Shown here piece by piece: positions 22,256 to 31,440 of a stretch of 64,000 nucleotides of DNA (within the stretch, counting starts at the first letter, position 1; the number at the start of each line of letters is the position of its first letter). The position numbers were made by a program, and so were the translations under genes. The DNA comes from Alphaproteobacteria bacterium (GTDB taxonomy: Bacteria; Pseudomonadota; Alphaproteobacteria; RF32; CAG-239): assembly GCA_015062305.1 (NCBI GenBank), contig SUUX01000003.1:74160-138159 (forward strand), read 5' to 3'. Under the pieces are notes generated by a model, which was given only the letters and a program-made list of their open reading frames with translations, had not been told where the DNA came from and did not search any database.

Positions 22256-22861
22256 ATGAATAAATTTTATGCAACAGCAGCATCTGCATTGGTATTGGCA
22301 ATGGCTGTAAGTGGAGCTGCAGAAGCTCGTGATGGTTTTTATGTGGCAGCTCGTGGCGGCTATACGGATTATAACTTGAATGATAAAGATGATGCTTCTT
22401 CTGACGAGGCTAGAATAGAATTAAGTAGCACATCTCATTTTTCTGGTGCGTTGGGTTATAAGTATAAATATTTTCGTATTGAAGGTGAATATACATATCG
22501 TAAAGATGCTGATGACCATTATAAAGATGGTCCATATTCTGAGTATGATGCAAGTATTTCGTCAGATTCATTTATGGTAAATGCATATATTGATTTGATG
22601 CCAAATTATTGGATTAGTCCTTATATTTCTGGCGGTTTGGGTTTAACTCGATTGGAAGTTGAGCATGAAGATTCAATTAGTGGATACAGAGAAAATTGGG
22701 ATGAAGACAATTTTACCTGGAGTATGGGAGCAGGTTTGTCTTTGCGTTTGAATCGTTGCTTAAATTTGGATTTTGGTTACCGCTATATGGATATGGAAGA
22801 GATTACATACGGAGAGTTTACGTCTCATGAGTGGTATGGTGGTTTCCGTTATACATTCTAA
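22256..22861 (+). CDS. Omp25/Omp31/Hbp-family 8-stranded beta-barrel outer membrane protein
   Basis: Signal peptide MNKFYATAASALVLAMAVSGAAEA, alternating aromatic beta-strands, and a C-terminal GGFRYTF. Start placed at the internal Met after a GGAG RBS. Confidence 0.7.
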   Translation: MNKFYATAASALVLAMAVSGAAEARDGFYVAARGGYTDYNLNDKDDASSDEARIELSSTSHFSGALGYKYKYFRIEGEYTYRKDADDHYKDGPYSEYDASISSDSFMVNAYIDLMPNYWISPYISGGLGLTRLEVEHEDSISGYRENWDEDNFTWSMGAGLSLRLNRCLNLDFGYRYMDMEEITYGEFTSHEWYGGFRYTF

Positions 22862-22885
22862 GAGTGAATGCCTTAAAAGTAAAAA

Positions 22886-22916
22886 AAAGCTGTGCAGAAA
22901 AGCACAGCTTTTTTTG
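22886..22916 (+). terminator. Rho-independent terminator after the Omp25-like gene
   Basis: agctgtgcagaaaagcacagct followed by ttttttt. Confidence 0.65.
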
Positions 22917-22930
22917 TGTCTGAAAATGTA

Positions 22931-22977
22931 TAAAAAAACAGCCGCCGCTCAATCCTAAAAAGGAGAGCGGCGACTGC
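22931..22977 (-). terminator. Rho-independent terminator for the convergent minus-strand OMP gene
   Basis: cagccgccgctc...gagcggcgactg hairpin with a T-run on the minus strand. Confidence 0.6.
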
Positions 22978-23718
22978 TTAAAAGCGAACAACAAGACAAA
23001 ATCCTCCAGATCCACCAAAGATGTCATCTTCGGTGTGCTCTTGGATATTGTTTGCGTTTACCACCCAGTTCTGATCCTTAGGAACGTCAGCGACAATATC
23101 TTTTAGTGTAGTTTCACTGTATCTACCTTCGGACGGGTTGCAAATTGCTTTCACAAATGCAGCGAGGGTGATTGTGTTCGACACAATCCATTCAACACGG
23201 AATTCCAAACGGGTTTGAAAATTCCAATCGTAGCTCTTATAAAGATGAATAAAATTCATCTCGATATCGGCTGATGGTGTTGAACCGGCAACATTGGTTT
23301 TGTATGCACAGTATTTAGACTGTGAAGCTCCACCAACATGAGCCAATACAATAGGACGAACCTTACTGCGTGGTCCAGTCAGAGCAAGGCCAATAAAGGC
23401 ACTTGCAGAAGAACGATCAATGTATCCTTTTTGTGCGAATATGTAGTCGGCTCCGATCTTAAGGCATTTGTGGTTCCATGCTCCTTCAACGCCGAAACCG
23501 AAGAGCCCTTCACCATTTATGTATTGGTATTCGCCTATTGCAGACACTTGTCCACAATTGTTACCGTTATTTGCTCCGTCAACCTTTTTGAAATGGTAGT
23601 TGTTCTGAGCATTGGCATCTGTCACCAGGTTAAAATGGTCGTTCTGTGCATTGGCATCGATTGCCATGATTGTTGTAATTACTACGATTACGATCATAGT
23701 TATTGATATTTTTTTCAT
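22978..23718 (-). CDS. Porin-like beta-barrel outer membrane protein
   Basis: Signal peptide MKKISITMIVIVVITTIMAIDANA, a duplicated (L)VTDANAQN motif, alternating aromatic/hydrophobic strands, and a terminal ...LVVRF. Confidence 0.6.
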   Translation of the reverse strand: MKKISITMIVIVVITTIMAIDANAQNDHFNLVTDANAQNNYHFKKVDGANNGNNCGQVSAIGEYQYINGEGLFGFGVEGAWNHKCLKIGADYIFAQKGYIDRSSASAFIGLALTGPRSKVRPIVLAHVGGASQSKYCAYKTNVAGSTPSADIEMNFIHLYKSYDWNFQTRLEFRVEWIVSNTITLAAFVKAICNPSEGRYSETTLKDIVADVPKDQNWVVNANNIQEHTEDDIFGGSGGFCLVVRF

Positions 23719-23810
23719 GATTTTTTTTTGTTTGTGTCTTTCCCCTTTGCTGATTGTTATGTCAGCTAAAGGGGATAGACTGGTTTGTCATTTTGTTTTC
23801 TTTGTCTCAA

Positions 23811-26237
23811 TTATTTAAACTTGAGACCGTTGATAGTCAAAACGCCATCCTGAACCTTTCCAGTCTCAATCACAGGGTGTGAGAGACGGTTGGTTGTTAC
23901 AATCATATTATTGATCGCGAAAATCTTGTTTGAACCAATGTGCAAGTATCCCCACTCTTTGGGTGAGTTACCAGACATTATAACGTCAAGATAAGCAGGT
24001 TGCATTTTGCCATCAATTGTGATGAATGAGAATACAGCATTCTCATCTACGTTGTTTGCATAATGATCCTCAATCACCTTGCCATTTGTATCAGCATGTC
24101 TGATGATATACTGGCTAGGATTTGAATCGTTTCTGAAAACAACAGCCAAGTGCTTGCCGTCATCTACCAAGCTACCATTTGAATGATAGCAGTTGGTGAT
24201 ATAAGCAGCAATTGCAGTGTAGCCATTGATGGTTTTGTCCATCGGCTTGGTTACTACGATTGCCTGAACATCTGCAGCAACAGCAGTGCCATTAGCGAAC
24301 AATGAAGCATTGTTGCGATAAGTACCATTATTGCCAGAGAAGTTTGTAGACTTTACTGCGTAATTTACAGTGAAATCCTTAGACTTCTTGATACCGTTCC
24401 ACTCGTATGTGAAAGTCACCTTTGAGGGAGCAGACCATGTCCAAGCATCTCCGAATGATGTGCCATCCAGAGAGTAGGTGAAGCTAGCTGTTCCATTGCC
24501 CAAAGTAGCAACTGTGTTGTTCAGAGAAACAGAACCATTGCTGGTCTTGTTAATCTGGGCACCAGCCTTAAGAGTTGCATTGAATGCATTCTCAAGGTTT
24601 ACAGTTTTCACCTTGTCACCGTTTTTGTAGAGATCTACAGAAACGGTTGCCTTACCGTTACCAAAGGTGAGGTCGTCGTTGATAACAACGTCGTACTCGT
24701 CCTCAGGCTCGGGAGCAGAGATAACGATTGCCTGAACATCTGCAGCAACAGCAGTGCCATTAGCGAACAATGAAGCATTGTTGCGATAAGTACCATTATT
24801 GCCAGAGAAGTTTGTAGACTTTACTGCGTAATTTACAGTGAAATCCTTAGACTTCTTGATACCGTTCCACTCGTATGTGAAAGTCACCTTTGAGGGAGCA
24901 GACCATGTCCAAGCATCTCCGAATGATGTGCCATCCAGAGAGTAGGTGAAGCTAGCTGTTCCATTGCCCAAAGTAGCAACTGTGTTGTTCAGAGAAACAG
25001 AACCATTGCTGGTCTTGTTAATCTGGGCACCAGCCTTAAGAGTTGCATTGAATGCATTCTCAAGGTTTACAGTTTTCACCTTGTCACCGTTTTTGTAGAG
25101 ATCTACAGAAACGGTTGCCTTACCGTTACCAAAGGTGAGGTCGTCGTTGATAACAACGTCGTACTCATCCTCAGGCTCGACAACGGGATCCTCTGTAATA
25201 TCAAATGAAACCGGGTACTCAATTGAGCCGTGATCAGAAGAAATGGTCACAGTTCCACAAAGTTCGTTATCATTGATATTATTGAACTTCAGCATTGTTG
25301 CCTTAGGATCGCAACAGTCAAGTTTTGCAATTGCGCCATCAGCGGGGAAGCTTGGGTGACAATATACCTTGCCATCCAACTTTGCTGTTGTGCAATTAGC
25401 CAAATTTGTGTTGACTGTAATTGTCTGCCCTTTGATATTGAAACCGTTGTTGTTGTCGATTTCAACTCCAACAAGGCTCTCTGCTACAGATCTTTCAATG
25501 CTGATACGATTGTAGCTCAAACTCCAAGTGGCAACATAATTGTCAGAATCAGCCGTTTGACCATTTCTGACTAGAGTTGCCTTATGGTGGTCGAGCAATA
25601 CGTTCTCGTTCAACTCTGCTCTCACATGAGTTGTTTCTACCTCCTCATTATCGTTTGTTACGTTAATAGTCAGAGGATAGTTGCATGTGTGAGTGTTAGA
25701 ACCGATTACTGCGCTGCAGATAAGCTGATTACCTGACAAGATGCCAAAAGTGATTTTCTTTACAGAAAGTTCACAATTGGTGAGCAATTCTTCGCATCCA
25801 TCTTGTGGAAATTCAGGATGACAGTATGTTTCGAAATTTGTATTAAACTCTACTGTCTCACAAGAAGCGAGTTCGAGCGTTACATTTACAGTTTGACCTG
25901 CAATATTCACGCCTTCTGACTTGTAATCGAGCTCTTTGTGCTGCAATTCCTCCGCTGCAGATCTTTTGATGCTGATGCTGTTTGCAGATACGTTCCACTT
26001 GACATTGTAGGTTTTTGATTCAACCTCAGTACGGTCTGCTAACAGAGTTGCTTTGTGCGTTTCTGTTATCGACTTATTTCCGCTGGTCAAGCTCATGTGC
26101 TCGATTTTGAGCGAGAATGTTGTCTTCTCGGTGATTTTAACCTCAGCTTTAACGCTTGATGTGTCCTTATCGGTAGAACAACTTACTGATGTAAATACCA
26201 TTGCCATGGCAATGATGATCGAAAAAATACGTGACAT
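23811..26237 (-). CDS. Large repeat-containing surface lipoprotein (808 aa) rich in N-x-S/T sequons
   Basis: Lipoprotein-type signal MSRIFSIIIAMAMVFTSVSC followed by STDKD. Two diverged ~100-aa modules each carry YCHP(E/S)FP.DG. Two essentially identical ~156-aa modules follow. Codon style is compositionally distinct (C-ending codons, ~45% GC). Confidence 0.7.
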   Translation of the reverse strand: MSRIFSIIIAMAMVFTSVSCSTDKDTSSVKAEVKITEKTTFSLKIEHMSLTSGNKSITETHKATLLADRTEVESKTYNVKWNVSANSISIKRSAAEELQHKELDYKSEGVNIAGQTVNVTLELASCETVEFNTNFETYCHPEFPQDGCEELLTNCELSVKKITFGILSGNQLICSAVIGSNTHTCNYPLTINVTNDNEEVETTHVRAELNENVLLDHHKATLVRNGQTADSDNYVATWSLSYNRISIERSVAESLVGVEIDNNNGFNIKGQTITVNTNLANCTTAKLDGKVYCHPSFPADGAIAKLDCCDPKATMLKFNNINDNELCGTVTISSDHGSIEYPVSFDITEDPVVEPEDEYDVVINDDLTFGNGKATVSVDLYKNGDKVKTVNLENAFNATLKAGAQINKTSNGSVSLNNTVATLGNGTASFTYSLDGTSFGDAWTWSAPSKVTFTYEWNGIKKSKDFTVNYAVKSTNFSGNNGTYRNNASLFANGTAVAADVQAIVISAPEPEDEYDVVINDDLTFGNGKATVSVDLYKNGDKVKTVNLENAFNATLKAGAQINKTSNGSVSLNNTVATLGNGTASFTYSLDGTSFGDAWTWSAPSKVTFTYEWNGIKKSKDFTVNYAVKSTNFSGNNGTYRNNASLFANGTAVAADVQAIVVTKPMDKTINGYTAIAAYITNCYHSNGSLVDDGKHLAVVFRNDSNPSQYIIRHADTNGKVIEDHYANNVDENAVFSFITIDGKMQPAYLDVIMSGNSPKEWGYLHIGSNKIFAINNMIVTTNRLSHPVIETGKVQDGVLTINGLKFK
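24256..25191. repeat. Tandem direct duplication, 2 x 468 bp, inside the lipoprotein gene
   Basis: 24256-24711 and 24724-25179 are identical apart from a single g/a mismatch at 24699 vs 25167 (checked by direct reading). The period is 468 bp, or 156 codons, and is in frame. Confidence 0.9.
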
Positions 26238-26815
26238 AATTCTTTGTTTTATTTGTTATTAATTAATTTTCTTATGAAAACTCGTGCCGTTAACACGAGT
26301 TGAAGCACTCTACATCTTAAAACAAAATTCAAACCATCTATTTTCAAACAAATTACAAACGCTATTGTAATTAAATCATGAAAAAGTGAAAATTTATAAT
26401 GATTGTTATAATGTCCTAAAGATAATATATGTGCATTATCAGTTATAGCACAAATTGAGGGTTTTGACAACAAAAAACGTTGTTTCTGGTTGTTTTTTTG
26501 TGCTTTTTTAATAAAAAATTTACTTTTGACTCGGGATGAAAAGTTGCGAAAATAGCCAAAAGTAAAGAGGTGTAACGAGTCGGAATGAGTCGGAGCAAGG
26601 CTTTGCGAATCTTTGTGCGAATCGAAGACGGGTGCATTTTGTCTATTTGGCAACTGCGCGACTCGGAGAGAAAAAGATGAGGATGAAACATATAAATTGA
26701 TACTTTTTTGCTTGTAGAATCGCTTTTATTGGTATAGCGTATTGGCGAATATAATTTCGCTTGGCGGAGTAATCTGCCTTGTTTTCATGTCTAACAATAA
26801 GGAGAAACTTAAACC

Positions 26816-29515
26816 ATGAGTAAATGGGTTTATACATTTGGAAACGGCAAAGCCGAAGGTGATGCCAGCATGCGTAATCTCCTGGGTGGTAAAGGTGCTA
26901 ACTTGGCCGAAATGAATGTGGTCGGTATGCCTGTGCCTCCGGGTTTCACTGTTACAACTGAAGTTTGCACATACTACTATGATAATAACAGAACTTATCC
27001 TTCTGATTTGAAAGATCAGGTGCGTGCTGCTGTTGCAGAAGTTGAAAAAATTATGGGCAAAAAATTTGCCGATGCCAACAATCCGTTGCTCTTCTCCGTG
27101 CGTTCGGGTGCTAGAGTTTCTATGCCGGGTATGATGGACACAGTTTTGAACTTGGGTTTGAATGATGAAACTGTTCAAGCTTTGGCTAAGGCCTCCGGTT
27201 CTGAGAGATTTGCTTATGATTCTTATCGTCGTTTCTTGCAGATGTTCTCTGACGTGGTTTTGGGTGCCGATATCGATCTGTATGAGGAAGCTTTGGAAAA
27301 TATGAAAAAATCTAAAGGATATGCTTCTGATACAGATATGACAGCAGAAGACCTCAAAGAATTGGTTAAAGAATATAAAGCTATTGGTGAAAAATTGGGC
27401 AAAGTTGTTCCTCAAGATCCATGGGAGCAATTGTGGGCCGGTATTGGTGCCGTGTTTGGTTCTTGGATGGCTGCTCGTGCTATTACATATCGTAAATTGA
27501 ACAACATTCCTGGTAACTGGGGTACTGCTGTTAATGTTCAGACCATGGTGTTTGGTAATGCTGGTGATGATTGTGCTACCGGTGTTTGCTTCTCTCGTGA
27601 CCCTGCTACCGGTGAAAATGTATATTACGGTGAATATTTGATTAATGCTCAAGGTGAAGACGTTGTGGCAGGTATTCGTACTCCACAACCAATGGCTTCT
27701 AAGGGTGATGGTACTTCTTTGGAAGAAAAATGGCCACACCTCTATCAGGAATTGGTAGATGTTCGTAATAAGTTGGAAGCTCATTACAAAGATATGCAGG
27801 ATATGGAATTTACCATCGAGCACGGAAAACTTTGGATGTTGCAATGCCGTAACGGTAAGAGAACTGCCGCAGCTGCTGTTCGTATGGCTGTTGAGATGGT
27901 TGAAGAAGGAATGCTCACCAAAGAAGAAGCTATTATGCGCGTTGGTGCAGACCAATTAGACCAGTTGTTGCACCCAATGTTGGATCCGAAAGCTAAGAAA
28001 AATGTTATTGCTACCGGTTTGCCCGCTTCTCCAGGTGCTGCTGTTGGTCGTGCTGTGTTTAATGCAGAAGATGCCGAAGCTTGGGCTAATAAGGGTGAAA
28101 AAGTTATCCTTATCCGTAATGAGACTTCTCCGGAAGATATTGGCGGTATGCACGCTTCTCAAGGTGTGATTACTGCTCGTGGCGGTATGACATCTCACGC
28201 TGCCGTTGTGGCTCGTGGTATGGGTACTCCTTGTGTATCTGGTTCTAACGATATTACAATCAACTACGCTAACAAAACTATGACTACAAAAGCCGGTGTT
28301 GTTATTAAAGAAGGTGATTGGGTATCTTTGGACGGTGCTAAAGGTCAGATTATTGAAGGCGAAATTCCTACTGTTAAAGCTGACACAAATACCGGTAACT
28401 TCGGTAAGTTGATGAGCTGGGTGGATGAAATTCGCGTATTGAAAGTTCGTGCTAATGCAGAAACTCCAAAAGATGCTCAGACAGCTCGTGATTTTGGTGC
28501 TCAAGGTATCGGTTTGGCTCGTACAGAACATATGTTCTTTGATGCAAACAGAATCGGTGATATGCGTGCTATGATTTTGTCTGATACAGAAGAAGGTCGT
28601 CGTGCTGCTTTGGCAAAATTGTTGCCATATCAAAAGCAAGACTTCAAAGATTTGTTCAAAATTATGGACGGTCTGCCGGTAACTGTTCGTTTGCTTGACC
28701 CTCCTTTGCACGAATTCTTGCCTCACACAGATGCTGAGATGAAAGAATTGGCTGACAAATTGGGTGTTAGCTTGGAACAAGTTAAAACTCGTGCAGCTGC
28801 TTTGCATGAAGCAAACCCAATGTTGGGTCACCGTGGTTGCCGTTTGGCTGTTACATATCCTGAAATTGCAGAGATGCAAGCTCGTGCTATTTTGGAAGCC
28901 GCTTTGGAATGTCAAAAAGAAGGTGTTAAAGTAACTCCTGAAATTGAAGTTCCATTGACAGGTTCTAAGAGAGAGTTGGATTTGGTGAAAGATGTTATCG
29001 ACACCACAGCTAAGCAAGTATTTGCTGAAAAAGGTGCTACTGTTAACTACATCGTTGGTACAATGATTGAGTTGCCAAGAGCAGCCCTTATGGCTGAAGA
29101 AATTGCAGAATCTGCAGCTTTCTTTGGTTTTGGTACAAACGATTTGACCCAAACAACTTTGGGTATGAGCCGTGATGATACCGGTGCTATTCTCGATGAA
29201 TATAGAGCAAAAGGTGTGTATGTAGCTGATCCGTTTGCTTCTATCGATGTTGATGGTGTTGGTAAATTGGTCGCTCGTGCTTGCCGTAAAGGTCGTGAAA
29301 CCAAAGCAGACATCCACTTGGGTGTGTGTGGTGAGCATGGTGGTGATCCAAAATCTATCGAGTTCTTCCACCAAGTTGGTTTGGACTATGTATCTTGTTC
29401 TCCATATCGTGTGCCAGTTGCTCGTTTGGCAGCTGCTCAAGCCGCTGTTAAGTTTGGCAAAAATCGCACAGTTGGAGGCAATGAAGGTGGTTGTTGCTGC
29501 CGTAAAGCAAGCTAA
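26816..29515 (+). CDS. ppdK: Pyruvate, phosphate dikinase
   Basis: 899 aa. PEP-utilizing phospho-His region GGMTSHAAVVARGMG, an ATP-grasp N-domain, and a C-terminal PEP/pyruvate TIM-barrel. Confidence 0.93.
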   Translation: MSKWVYTFGNGKAEGDASMRNLLGGKGANLAEMNVVGMPVPPGFTVTTEVCTYYYDNNRTYPSDLKDQVRAAVAEVEKIMGKKFADANNPLLFSVRSGARVSMPGMMDTVLNLGLNDETVQALAKASGSERFAYDSYRRFLQMFSDVVLGADIDLYEEALENMKKSKGYASDTDMTAEDLKELVKEYKAIGEKLGKVVPQDPWEQLWAGIGAVFGSWMAARAITYRKLNNIPGNWGTAVNVQTMVFGNAGDDCATGVCFSRDPATGENVYYGEYLINAQGEDVVAGIRTPQPMASKGDGTSLEEKWPHLYQELVDVRNKLEAHYKDMQDMEFTIEHGKLWMLQCRNGKRTAAAAVRMAVEMVEEGMLTKEEAIMRVGADQLDQLLHPMLDPKAKKNVIATGLPASPGAAVGRAVFNAEDAEAWANKGEKVILIRNETSPEDIGGMHASQGVITARGGMTSHAAVVARGMGTPCVSGSNDITINYANKTMTTKAGVVIKEGDWVSLDGAKGQIIEGEIPTVKADTNTGNFGKLMSWVDEIRVLKVRANAETPKDAQTARDFGAQGIGLARTEHMFFDANRIGDMRAMILSDTEEGRRAALAKLLPYQKQDFKDLFKIMDGLPVTVRLLDPPLHEFLPHTDAEMKELADKLGVSLEQVKTRAAALHEANPMLGHRGCRLAVTYPEIAEMQARAILEAALECQKEGVKVTPEIEVPLTGSKRELDLVKDVIDTTAKQVFAEKGATVNYIVGTMIELPRAALMAEEIAESAAFFGFGTNDLTQTTLGMSRDDTGAILDEYRAKGVYVADPFASIDVDGVGKLVARACRKGRETKADIHLGVCGEHGGDPKSIEFFHQVGLDYVSCSPYRVPVARLAAAQAAVKFGKNRTVGGNEGGCCCRKAS

Positions 29516-29520
29516 AACAG

Positions 29521-29700
29521 CATATAACAAGCTCATCTAGAGCGAAAATTGCGAAAGACCGGAAATGGTCCTCCCTTCGGTCGTTCGTCACGTAGGGTTT
29601 GAACGCCATATAGAACTAAGCAATTTGCTAGAGTTTTATATGGCGTTCTCACCAACTATCGACTCCATGTAGGATCATCTACACTAAAATTTCCGGTCTT
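29521..29700. repeat. Palindromic intergenic repeat element (MITE/REP-like) 3' of ppdK
   Basis: Bounded by the inverted pair agaccggaaat ... atttccggtct. Contains an internal hairpin cgccatatagaact...agttttatatggcg. Shares tcatctagagc and catgtagg.t.atctacactaaaattt motifs with the 47.7-kb array. Confidence 0.6.
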
Positions 29701-29798
29701 TTTGTTGTGCGTAAAATAAAAGATTGACCTTTTTGTCAAATTCTGCTATATGTGGTGGTAACAATTTGATTATTTAGGTTTATTAAAAAATTAGAGTT

Positions 29799-30545
29799 AT
29801 GAGTTACGGTATTAATGGCGTATATTATTGCGAGCAAGATCCTGCTGCTCCAAGAAAAAAGTATTCTTCAGTAGAAAAAGATGAGGATTATACTCCTTAT
29901 AAGTATGACAAAAAGATTGAGCAGTTTATTGACAGAGAGATGGCAATTTTATGTCGGGATTATTCTATTTTGCCGGGTAGTGTTGTCCATTTGGCTGTTT
30001 CTAACTGGGGGGTTGAGATTACGGTAAATGGTTGCAATCTTCCTTATAGAGAGGATGATTTTGATGATAGTTTGCCGATGTTACCTCTAAATCACAACAA
30101 GTTCGGTAATTTGAAGAATTTCTGCAAAACAAAGGGCTTTACCCAGAAGACAAGAATTTTTTATGCAGAGAATTACTTGTTGGGAGTAAATTTACAGATG
30201 GAACCGGTCTTGGGTGATGATGCTTTTTTAGATGCTTCTGGTGTTAGAGATGCATTTAATGCAATTGCCGAAGGAAAAGGTTGGCAGACTAAAATCTCTA
30301 AAGTTGAATTTTCGGAGGTGTGTTTTGCAAATGTAAAGTTTAAGGCCTGGACAGCAGTGATGACAGATTGTCAGAATGTTGATCATCAGATGGTTTGCTT
30401 GATTTCTAATGGTATGATTGTGCCGGATTATGAGGGGGAAATTGTGCCAGTCATTCTAAAGCAGGGTATTCTAACAGAGCGAGATGCACGATTTAGGGTG
30501 CATTGGTTGGCGAATGAGGTAAGCTATTTAGAGCGACTTCGTTAA
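29799..30545 (+). CDS. Hypothetical protein with a C-terminal dUTPase/dCTP-deaminase-like motif
   Basis: GMIVPDYEGEIVPVILKQG resembles dUTPase motif 3 (G.ID.DYRGE..V.L.N). No other recognisable domain. Confidence 0.5.
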   Translation: MSYGINGVYYCEQDPAAPRKKYSSVEKDEDYTPYKYDKKIEQFIDREMAILCRDYSILPGSVVHLAVSNWGVEITVNGCNLPYREDDFDDSLPMLPLNHNKFGNLKNFCKTKGFTQKTRIFYAENYLLGVNLQMEPVLGDDAFLDASGVRDAFNAIAEGKGWQTKISKVEFSEVCFANVKFKAWTAVMTDCQNVDHQMVCLISNGMIVPDYEGEIVPVILKQGILTERDARFRVHWLANEVSYLERLR

Positions 30546-30673
30546 GCAGAAGAGAGTGTGATTATGTACACTCTCTTTTTTTTTGAAAAATTTGTACAAA
30601 AGAGTGTTGACTAATTTTGTCTAAAGTAGTACATTGTTGTCATAAAATTATAATTAATATTTATTAACCAGAT

Positions 30674-31438
30674 GTGGCGGTATATCAACCAAAACATCAT
30701 AAAACCCAAAAAAATATGGTAGAACATTATCCAGAGATTGATTATGTACGTTTGGAACATGGAATTCCAAGACCGAAAGGAAAAGAAATCGACAACAAAT
30801 TGAAAGTGGTGGCTTTTCTTAGTAGTTCAGCATTTCATGTTTATTGCCGAGAGCATGAGCACGAGTTGAATCCGGAAGGACAATTTATTGGTTTCGCAAT
30901 CGGAGAAGGACTCTATGAACGTATTAAAGATGAGATGTTTGTTGATATTAAAGTATTAACAAATCCGTTAGACGGAATGCGTTATTATATAGAGTTTAAA
31001 TCTGCATTTCCTGGTAAAGCACATGATGTTAAGTGTATGTATTTTGCAACTTATTGGTTGAGCAAAAAAGGAAATGTATGGGGAGCTCAAAAATTGATTG
31101 AGTTGGAAAGAAAGATGTTTAAGGCAGAAGAAAAACCATCTACAATTATGGTGAATAAAGCGTTTGCTTTGATTAACGATAAGTGTAAATTTTCTTGCGA
31201 AAAGGTAACTTATCCGGCGAAAATTAAGGTGAATGGCTATCAATCTGCTGTTTGGCTTAAAAAAGTGAACGCCAATAATGTTGAAAAGTATCTGATGTGC
31301 ACTATGGATGCAGGTTTCATGATGATGCTTGATGCAGACCAGGTTGATGAAGTAACAATCATCAAAAATGGTTTTATCAATACGGGGCATAATGCCTTTG
31401 CTCTTGATATTATTTTTACACCTATTAAACCGAAATAA
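30674..31438 (+). CDS. Hypothetical protein (254 aa)
   Basis: Clean ORF with no recognisable motif, apparently co-transcribed with the next gene. Confidence 0.5.
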   Translation: MAVYQPKHHKTQKNMVEHYPEIDYVRLEHGIPRPKGKEIDNKLKVVAFLSSSAFHVYCREHEHELNPEGQFIGFAIGEGLYERIKDEMFVDIKVLTNPLDGMRYYIEFKSAFPGKAHDVKCMYFATYWLSKKGNVWGAQKLIELERKMFKAEEKPSTIMVNKAFALINDKCKFSCEKVTYPAKIKVNGYQSAVWLKKVNANNVEKYLMCTMDAGFMMMLDADQVDEVTIIKNGFINTGHNAFALDIIFTPIKPK

Positions 31439-31440
31439 AA

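Noticed and set aside
22870-26815. Interpreting the higher GC of the OMP/lipoprotein pair as proof of horizontal transfer, possibly Bacteroidetes-like given the lipoprotein CSTDKD signal and sequons
   Set aside because: ppdK and the native Omp25-like gene show the same shift toward C-ending codons. Expression-linked codon bias is therefore an equally good explanation. Retained only as a hypothesis within the finding.
27956-29536. 526-aa ORF antisense to ppdK, and the 409-aa ORF at 26726..27955
   Set aside because: Long antisense ORFs are expected opposite a codon-biased, GC-richer gene. Their products are Cys/Ser/Thr-rich low-complexity sequences with no start-site support. ppdK itself is unambiguous.
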